The notes below the pieces were generated by a model. The model worked only from the letters and a program-made list of their open reading frames with translations, ran no database searches and was not told where the DNA came from. DNA of 32,000 nt, from assembly GCA_015548865.1 (NCBI GenBank), contig JADMXW010000031.1:1-32000 (forward strand), given 5' to 3'. This stretch comes from Serratia marcescens. GTDB lineage: Bacteria; Pseudomonadota; Gammaproteobacteria; Enterobacterales; Enterobacteriaceae. Of this stretch, positions 1 through 4,213 are shown one piece after another; positions within the stretch are counted from its first letter, which is position 1, and every line of letters starts with the position of its first letter. The position numbers and the translations under genes were made by a program.

Positions 1-54
1 CCCGTGGCTGACGATGCAGACTGGTCACCCGTGGCTGACGATGCAGACTGGTTG
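1..54. repeat. 27-bp tandem direct repeat, two copies at 25/27 identity, probably continuing beyond the window
   Basis: cccgtggctgacgatgcagactggtca (1-27) and cccgtggctgacgatgcagactggttg (28-54). The repeat is in frame and encodes G(N/D)QSASSAT repeats of the - strand ORF. Confidence 0.9.
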
Positions 55-407
55 CCCTTAACATGATCGCCTTTCTTCTTGTCGCACCGCTTTGTGGTGT
101 ATTCGATTGAAGCCTTCACGATACCTGCAATTGTCAGCGCTGCTTTGATTGAAATTTTCCGGCTGGCTACCTTGCTGTCATCTTCATGCCGGGATAAATC
201 ACCTTCTTGCTCACAGGTGGCGTAAACGGACGTTCCCGGCTCGTAGTAACCGAAGCAGTCAAGCGGATACTCACACGCATGAAATCCAGATGAGCAGGCT
301 TCAACATCGCCTTTATGCTCGAAAGTCTTACCGATTTCGAACTGATACCCACGGCACTGCATGCTTGCGTTAAAGCCTTTGTAGGTAATGATTTTCTCGT
401 CGCTCAT
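1..407 (-). CDS. Hypothetical early-left protein, with its 3' end outside the window. It has a Cys/His-rich N-terminal domain followed by G-x-QSASSAT nonapeptide repeats.
   Basis: ATG at 407 (complement) with AGGAAG 5 nt upstream. The frame stays open to the window edge (135 codons: MSDEKIITYKGFNASMQCRGYQFEIGKTFEHKGDVEACSSGFHACEYPLDCFGYY...KGNQSASSATGDQSASSATG). It is missing from the ORF track because it has no stop codon in the window. Confidence 0.7.
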   Translation of the reverse strand, partial: MSDEKIITYKGFNASMQCRGYQFEIGKTFEHKGDVEACSSGFHACEYPLDCFGYYEPGTSVYATCEQEGDLSRHEDDSKVASRKISIKAALTIAGIVKASIEYTTKRCDKKKGDHVKGNQSASSATGDQSASSAT

Positions 408-432
408 AGCGGCTTCCTTAGAATTTAATCGT

Positions 433-454
433 AAAAAAAAGCCGCTATTGCGGC
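433..454 (-). terminator. Rho-independent terminator inside the PL operon
   Basis: On the - strand: GCCGC-AATA-GCGGC stem-loop followed by an 8-nt U run (A run at 433-440 on +). Confidence 0.7.
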
Positions 455-479
455 GTGGTATTCTCTGGTGTTGGCGGGG

Positions 480-713
480 TTATTCTTCTGAAATAGTGAA
501 TCCTTGACCTTCAAGCCATTTGATTACATCGCCAGTTCCGATTGCATCCAGCAAATCATCTGCGTCGTATTCAGGTACTATTTCATCAGCCTTTACTGCA
601 TCGGCTATGTCTAAATCTTCCACATCAATTTCAATGTAATTTCTGTATGGCCCAGATCCATAAGGAGCCACACCATTTAACTGCTTTGCGTTAAAAGTTC
701 CACTAACTGCCAT
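480..713 (-). CDS. Hypothetical, strongly acidic 77-aa protein
   Basis: Complete ORF. GAGG lies immediately upstream of the ATG at 713. It has 17 Asp/Glu against 4 Lys/Arg. Its start is 3 nt after the stop of the upstream basic micro-ORF. Confidence 0.7.
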   Translation of the reverse strand: MAVSGTFNAKQLNGVAPYGSGPYRNYIEIDVEDLDIADAVKADEIVPEYDADDLLDAIGTGDVIKWLEGQGFTISEE

Positions 714-716
714 ACC

Positions 717-845
717 TCACCCCTTACGCATCTTCTGATGCGACTTTTTAGCTTCTTTGCGACGAATACGCATTTCATTGCGCATGGTTGGATTTCTTAA
801 ATTGCGTACCTGAACTGGAATATAGAAATTGCCTTTATCGTTCAT
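717..845 (-). CDS. Hypothetical 42-aa highly basic peptide (MNDKGNFYIPVQVRNLRNPTMRNEMRIRRKEAKKSHQKMRKG)
   Basis: ATG at 845 with AGAAGG upstream; TGA at 717-719. It is below the ORF-track size cut-off. It has 13 Lys/Arg in 42 aa and fills the gap between flanking genes on the same strand. Confidence 0.5.
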   Translation of the reverse strand: MNDKGNFYIPVQVRNLRNPTMRNEMRIRRKEAKKSHQKMRKG

Positions 846-872
846 TGGCTACCTTCTGATGCGATGATGTAA

Positions 873-896
873 TAAAAAAGCCGCTCTAGGCGGCTT
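873..896 (-). terminator. Rho-independent terminator inside the PL operon
   Basis: On the - strand: AGCCGC-CTAGA-GCGGCT stem-loop followed by UUUUUUAUU. Confidence 0.7.
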
Positions 897-897
897 G

Positions 898-1110
898 TTA
901 ATCTTCTACAACAGCACCTTGATACCATCTCGGGAAAATAACCTTTCTTACCTTGACGGTACCAAGCCGATAGTTATCTCCAAAAATGGCCTTTCCGAAA
1001 AATTCTGATGTAGACAAGTTTCTTTTGGATACGGTCTTTAACTTACCGTTGTGATCTACCGTATCCCCCGGCTTAATTTCAGATATATGACATTCGACGA
1101 TGCGCATCAT
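898..1110 (-). CDS. Hypothetical 70-aa protein immediately downstream of N
   Basis: The track ORF 898..1203 is trimmed to ATGATG at 1110/1107, which has GAGGTGA just upstream and lies 5 nt after the N stop codon. The longer version would overlap N. Confidence 0.65.
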   Translation of the reverse strand: MMRIVECHISEIKPGDTVDHNGKLKTVSKRNLSTSEFFGKAIFGDNYRLGTVKVRKVIFPRWYQGAVVED

Positions 1111-1114
1111 CACC

Positions 1115-1396
1115 TCACTTAATAATATGCGTTGCGTCTTTACGGTTATTACGATGCCCCGCCTGATAAATGAAAACTTGAGGTAGGCACACATTGTCTG
1201 CACTGTCGTATACAGGGGTGTCTCGTACCATCAGAGCTTTATCTACGCGGTTTGTAGCCTTTCTGCTGAGCGAAAGAGTAGGGCGTAATGCCTGTTTACC
1301 TTTCGCTGAGTTAATGCCAACCAGCAGGGGATTAGCTGCTTTCCAGTCTGCCTGTTTTGCTGCGCGAGATTCACGGCGGCGTTCTTGTGCGTTCAT
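1115..1396 (-). CDS. N: Antitermination protein N (lambda N family)
   Basis: The N-terminus MNAQERRRESRAAKQADWKAANPLLVG matches the lambda N arginine-rich motif (MDAQTRRRERRAEKQAQWKAANPLLVG, from memory). AGGAGG lies 4 nt upstream. It is the first gene after PL/nutL. Confidence 0.9.
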   Translation of the reverse strand: MNAQERRRESRAAKQADWKAANPLLVGINSAKGKQALRPTLSLSRKATNRVDKALMVRDTPVYDSADNVCLPQVFIYQAGHRNNRKDATHIIK

Positions 1397-1555
1397 ACAT
1401 CCTCCTGTCAGTTAGCTTTGGTGGTGTGGTGCGGTGACCATTGTTTCGGAGCGACTTCACTCGTTTCCCGCTGGTGCTACGCTCGCTTATGGCTGTGCGC
1501 TGGTCGCTTCCAGTTGCTTTGCGCCACACCCCAAAGCCTACTGCTTTGAATGTTT

Positions 1556-1585
1556 GCGCTTCTTCAGCGCCCTATGTTAAGTGGG
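1556..1585 (-). promoter_or_regulatory. nutL: boxB hairpin plus a boxA-like element
   Basis: On the - strand, boxB is GCGCU-GAAGA-AGCGC (1570..1556), with the same GAAGA pentaloop as lambda nutL. CCCACTTAA (1585..1577) lies 6 nt upstream and matches the CGCTCTTAA of nutR at 7/9. Confidence 0.8.
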
Positions 1586-1631
1586 CTGCATTCCTTGCCC
1601 TGTTACTGCCTCAGCGTCCTGCTGTGAGGTA

Positions 1632-1660
1632 AATATACCCATAGTTATTTGATGTGTAAA
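1632..1660 (-). promoter_or_regulatory. PL early-left promoter
   Basis: On the - strand: TTTACA (1660..1655), 17-nt spacer, TATATT (1637..1632). Both hexamers are overlapped by operator repeats. It is collinear with the PR architecture. Confidence 0.6.
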
Positions 1661-1717
1661 TACCCAAAGTTATAAAATTTATGCCAATGGGTATAACCCG
1701 TTGATAGCAGTGGGTAA
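1635..1717. promoter_or_regulatory. OL operator cluster: four copies of a 14-bp quasi-palindrome ATAnCnnnnGnTAT
   Basis: Sites at 1635-1648, 1660-1673, 1681-1694 and 1704-1717, all with a TGGGTA(T/A) core. Centre-to-centre spacing is 25, 21 and 23 bp. The same motif recurs three times at OR. Confidence 0.55.
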
Positions 1718-1767
1718 ATATTTTTATTTGGTGGGGAGTCTATTTTTTATGAGTGCGGGGTTGATCT

Positions 1768-1812
1768 TTGCGTTAAGCGGTAACAATATTTATACTGTAA
1801 ATAATTACAGTA
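1768..1812 (+). promoter_or_regulatory. LexA (SOS) box overlapping a rightward sigma70 promoter
   Basis: TACTGTAAATAATTACAGTA at 1793-1812 matches the consensus TACTGTATATATATACAGTA at 17/20, with exact CTG-N10-CAG spacing. The -10 is TATACT (1791-1796) and the -35 is TTGCGT (1768-1773), with a 17-nt spacer. Confidence 0.8.
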
Positions 1813-1859
1813 TTGAAGGAAAAAAGCGAAGGGAATTCGCCTCTTGCGAGGTTTTATTG

Positions 1860-2108
1860 ATGCGCATGGCATACGTTAGAAGGAAGGGTGGAGTCTATTA
1901 TGAAATGCCTGCCGCAGCGGTTAGCAACGGCAAGGGATTTGTGATTTATTGCTTAATTAGCCGCGATATGTACACAACAACGCCAATGATTTTTGCACTT
2001 TCGCTTACTGGGATTGGTGGTATCCCTTGCGCTGCTGGGACAAGAAAGCCTAAACCTTCGCCAGGAACAAACCGGTATATTGAGGCTGATCCGTGCACTT
2101 CTGCATAG
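1860..2108 (+). CDS. Candidate 82-aa ORF downstream of the LexA-box promoter, antisense to the last 163 nt of cI (speculative antirepressor)
   Basis: ATG at 1860 with GAGG 8 nt upstream. It is the in-frame 3' part of track ORF 1701..2108. It could equally be a shadow ORF of cI. Confidence 0.25.
   Translation: MRMAYVRRKGGVYYEMPAAAVSNGKGFVIYCLISRDMYTTTPMIFALSLTGIGGIPCAAGTRKPKPSPGTNRYIEADPCTSA
1900..1944 (+). CDS. Candidate 14-codon micro-ORF (MKCLPQRLATARDL) downstream of the LexA-box promoter
   Basis: ATG at 1900 with GGAG 6 nt upstream. The TGA at 1942-1944 ends 2 nt before the cI stop codon on the opposite strand. Confidence 0.25.
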   Translation: MKCLPQRLATARDL

Positions 2109-2557
2109 ACATAATCATTGTTTTCTGGCCGCTCAATCGTGTTGACAACAATGATTGATCCACTGGTGGCGTCCGGAAACCCAGTGTCTCTATTCAGCCT
2201 GTATGCTTTGCATCGCCTTGGGTTTATCCCTTTGGGAGCGGCAACAAAGTCTTTTAGTTGCTTATCACCATCCCACAGGGAGACGAACACCACGCCATCA
2301 ACCACCGGTGACTGGGCCTCGCCATCAAACTCAGAGGTAGAATCACTTTTCATCGGGCCAATGTTCATATCTAACCATTCCGGCCTAACCCCAAGGGCCA
2401 CTGCGATTTCAACTATGTGTCCTGACTTTTGAGTCTTGCCAGAAAGGATTTTGAAAATGCTGGGCTGAGCGATGCCTGCGGCTTCTGCAAGCTGAGCTTG
2501 ATTAAAGCCTCTCATATCCATCGCTAATTTCAGTCGTTCTGCAAGTGTCGTTTTCAT
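1946..2557 (-). CDS. cI: CI-type prophage repressor: N-terminal XRE helix-turn-helix and C-terminal S24/LexA-like domain, apparently lacking the autocleavage residues
   Basis: HTH segment FNQAQLAEAAGIAQPSIFKILSGK. The C-terminal half aligns by eye to lambda CI (KAYRL..FPDATSGSIIVV..IGVVV). It is divergent from cro across three operators. Start chosen at ATG 2557 (alternative 2569; the track start at 2593 is a TTG), because the predicted PRM would give a leaderless mRNA. Confidence 0.85.
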   Translation of the reverse strand: MKTTLAERLKLAMDMRGFNQAQLAEAAGIAQPSIFKILSGKTQKSGHIVEIAVALGVRPEWLDMNIGPMKSDSTSEFDGEAQSPVVDGVVFVSLWDGDKQLKDFVAAPKGINPRRCKAYRLNRDTGFPDATSGSIIVVNTIERPENNDYVYAEVHGSASIYRFVPGEGLGFLVPAAQGIPPIPVSESAKIIGVVVYISRLIKQ

Positions 2558-2564
2558 AGCCGTG

Positions 2565-2593
2565 AACATATAGCCGTGGTTATCTAGCGTCAA
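2565..2593 (-). promoter_or_regulatory. PRM-like maintenance promoter for cI
   Basis: On the - strand: TTGACG (2593..2588), 17-nt spacer, TATGTT (2570..2565). The predicted +1 falls at or near the A of ATG 2557, giving a leaderless mRNA as for lambda cI. The -35 abuts the middle operator. Confidence 0.5.
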
Positions 2594-2632
2594 ATATCTT
2601 TGGGTATTGATTTTATTTAAACCTATGGTTAT
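2570..2632. promoter_or_regulatory. OR operator cluster: three copies of the 14-bp motif
   Basis: Sites at 2570-2583 (ATAGCCGTGGTTAT), 2594-2607 (ATATCTTTGGGTAT) and 2619-2632 (AAACCTATGGTTAT). Spacing is 24 and 25 bp. They overlap PRM, PR -35 and PR -10 respectively. Confidence 0.6.
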
Positions 2633-2635
2633 TAT
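2607..2635 (+). promoter_or_regulatory. PR early-right promoter
   Basis: TTGATT (2607-2612), 17-nt spacer, TATTAT (2630-2635). It aligns almost base for base with the PL region (cTTTGGGTATT...CTATGG(G/T)TAT). Confidence 0.65.
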
Positions 2636-2663
2636 TCTCTATGAACAAAACAAGGAACCGCTT

Positions 2664-2909
2664 ATGACCAGCAAACCCAAGATCAACCATGTTATCAAGG
2701 CTGCGATTGAGGCTGTTGGGAGCCAGAAAAAGCTGGCTGTTGAGGTGGGTGTGAGTCAGCCGAACGTCTGGTGCTGGCTTCACAATAAAAAGCGCGTATC
2801 GCCAGAGAATGTTAATGCGATTGTTGCTGCCACAAAGGGCGTGATTAAAGCACATGAAATCCGTCCTGATCTGCCTCAGCTTTTCCCTCATCCAGAGAAA
2901 GCTGCTTAG
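2664..2909 (+). CDS. cro: Cro-like transcriptional regulator (HTH, Cro/YdaS-like)
   Basis: ATG at 2664 with AAGGAA upstream. HTH segment QKKLAVEVGVSQPNVWCWL. It is the first gene of the PR operon, divergent from cI. Confidence 0.85.
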   Translation: MTSKPKINHVIKAAIEAVGSQKKLAVEVGVSQPNVWCWLHNKKRVSPENVNAIVAATKGVIKAHEIRPDLPQLFPHPEKAA

Positions 2910-2915
2910 AAATTC

Positions 2916-2946
2916 CGCTCTTAAACATCTCGCTCTGAAGAAGAGC
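2916..2946 (+). promoter_or_regulatory. nutR: boxA plus boxB
   Basis: CGCTCTTAA (2916-2924) is identical to lambda boxA. boxB is GCTCT-GAAGA-AGAGC (2932-2946). A C-rich, G-poor tract follows (2950-2975) and could be the rut site of a tR1-like terminator. Confidence 0.85.
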
Positions 2947-3013
2947 ATTACCACAAACAAACACGAACCAACGTGGCCCAGCTACGGCTTTGTCACGTCT
3001 TAACAACAGGAAA

Positions 3014-3046
3014 ATAGTACCGAATGGATAACGCAAAGACACGCAA
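3014..3046 (-). promoter_or_regulatory. PRE-like CII-activated promoter
   Basis: On the - strand: TTGC-GTGTCT-TTGC (3046..3033), then 13 nt, then TACTAT (3019..3014). This has the same geometry as lambda PRE (TTGC-N6-TTGC, 13 nt, AAGTAT). It lies inside the first codons of cII. Confidence 0.65.
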
Positions 3047-3293
3047 AGACGCTCTGAAAATAGAGAGTGCTTTGCTTAACAAAATTGCTGTGAAAGGGGT
3101 AAGCGCTATTGCTGATTTAGTGGGCGTAAATCCTTCACAGATAACCCGGTGGAAAGAGTCGCTGATACCGCGCATGAGCTTACTTCTTGCGGTGTTGGAA
3201 TGGGGAGTTAACGACGACGATCTGGCGCATCTGGCTAAGCAAGTTGCGTTACTGCTGACCAAACAATCACAGGCGGGAGAATTCGAAGCCTAG
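3024..3293 (+). CDS. cII: CII transcriptional activator
   Basis: ALKIESALLNKIA...SQITRWK...LLAVLEWGVNDDD closely matches lambda CII (ALRIESALLNKIA...SQISRWK...LLAVLEWGVVDDD, from memory). Confidence 0.9.
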   Translation: MDNAKTRKDALKIESALLNKIAVKGVSAIADLVGVNPSQITRWKESLIPRMSLLLAVLEWGVNDDDLAHLAKQVALLLTKQSQAGEFEA

Positions 3294-3302
3294 GGGGATT
3301 TC

Positions 3303-3554
3303 ATGAATCACATGGAGTTCATAGAAAAAAACGTTAGAGACACGTTATTGCGTGACGGATACACGCCATCTCTGGCGAATATCGGAGCGATGAAAGCGGT
3401 TGAGTTTTATCGCCGTTCGTCTCAGGCCAGCAAAAAGGGTCGGATATTCGATGACTGCTTACGCGAAGGAAAGCTATGGGCAGACAAAAACAAGACGGTA
3501 GCGGATGCGCCGAAGAAGCCAAGAGGTAAGCCACGAAATGGTGCTCTCTTCTGA
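3303..3554 (+). CDS. Hypothetical protein (83 aa)
   Basis: Complete ORF. GGGGGA lies upstream of the ATG, 9 nt after the cII stop. Confidence 0.65.
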   Translation: MNHMEFIEKNVRDTLLRDGYTPSLANIGAMKAVEFYRRSSQASKKGRIFDDCLREGKLWADKNKTVADAPKKPRGKPRNGALF

Positions 3555-3584
3555 AAATAAAAATCCCCACTGGCAGGTGAGGAT
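3553..3584 (-). terminator. Rho-independent terminator for the reverse-strand gene 3632..3883
   Basis: On the - strand: AUCCUCAC-CUGCCA-GUGGGGAU (8 bp including one G-U) followed by UUUUUAUUUU. On the + strand the stem has an A-C mismatch and no U tract. Confidence 0.6.
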
Positions 3585-3631
3585 TCAGGGCAAATAACAA
3601 TTACTTTTTAGCAGGTATCAAATGAAAGAAT

Positions 3632-3883
3632 TCATTGCAAGAAATGTTTGTTTTCTGGCACTACGATTTTTCCGCCCAGCTTTGTTTCGATCTCGCGGAT
3701 GGAAGACAGAAGCATTGCTGTTGCCTTTGCTTCCAGAACCACCGAAATCTCCAGAGTTATGCCTAACTCAGCAGGAACGGGATGAGGGTAGACAAGCTGT
3801 AGTCGTCCTGTATCTGGGTCGTAAGAAACCTTACTGATGATCTCTATCGGTATTACAGATGGATTTCTCTTATTTTCGCTCAT
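3632..3883 (-). CDS. Hypothetical 83-aa protein: a reverse-oriented inserted gene (moron) between the cII region and the replication genes
   Basis: ATG at 3883 with GGAG 7 nt upstream (the track ORF is trimmed from 4003). It is bracketed by - strand terminators. Confidence 0.6.
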   Translation of the reverse strand: MSENKRNPSVIPIEIISKVSYDPDTGRLQLVYPHPVPAELGITLEISVVLEAKATAMLLSSIREIETKLGGKIVVPENKHFLQ

Positions 3884-3937
3884 GAAACCACTCCATTTAA
3901 TTGTGGATTTCAAGAGTACGCCAAATTTGCAGGACGG

Positions 3938-3968
3938 AAAAAGAAAAAGCCATCGGCGGCAACCGATG
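3938..3968 (-). terminator. Rho-independent terminator, possibly the 3' end of an oop-like antisense RNA
   Basis: On the - strand: CAUCGG-UUGCCG-CCGAUG followed by GCUUUUUCUUUUU. Confidence 0.6.
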
Positions 3969-4018
3969 ACTCTCAAGTTTCGATGGATTTTTAACTGGAT
4001 CAATTCACAGGAATAAGT

Positions 4019-4213
4019 ATGTCAGCAAACATCGAAAAGGTAAATACTCACCCGACTCACAAGTGTTCATTCTGCGATAAAACCAATGACGAATTAAGGC
4101 TAATCATTGCTGGCACCGGCGTTTGCATTTGCAATGAGTGTGTCCTTATTTGCGTAGAGATTGTTTTTGATCGCTACAAAAACGGGGAGGGTGAAGATGA
4201 GCCTAGCGCATAG
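4019..4213 (+). CDS. Stand-alone ClpX-type C4 zinc-finger (zinc-binding domain) protein, 64 aa
   Basis: HKCSFCDKTNDELRLIIAGTGVCICNECVLICVEIV matches the ClpX N-terminal domain ([35 protein letters not shown], from memory). There is no AAA+ module. Confidence 0.8.
   Translation: MSANIEKVNTHPTHKCSFCDKTNDELRLIIAGTGVCICNECVLICVEIVFDRYKNGEGEDEPSA

Noticed and set aside
1441-1632. 63-aa + strand ORF in the N-to-PL gap
   Set aside because: It has a TTG start and no RBS, and it lies on the wrong strand of the PL leader. The region is better explained by nutL (boxA/boxB) and the untranslated leader of N.
1701-1859. N-terminal part of the 135-aa track ORF 1701..2108
   Set aside because: It starts with a TTG inside the OL operators and runs through the LexA-box promoter itself. 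Only the part downstream of the predicted transcription start is kept, as a low-confidence candidate.
2558-2593. Extended cI start at 2593 (track)
   Set aside because: That codon is a TTG and would place coding sequence over the OR3-like operator and the PRM -35. ATG 2557 (or 2569) fits the promoter geometry.
4161-4196. Track start 4161 for the O gene
   Set aside because: It is a TTG with no RBS. ATG 4197 has GGAGGG at the proper distance.
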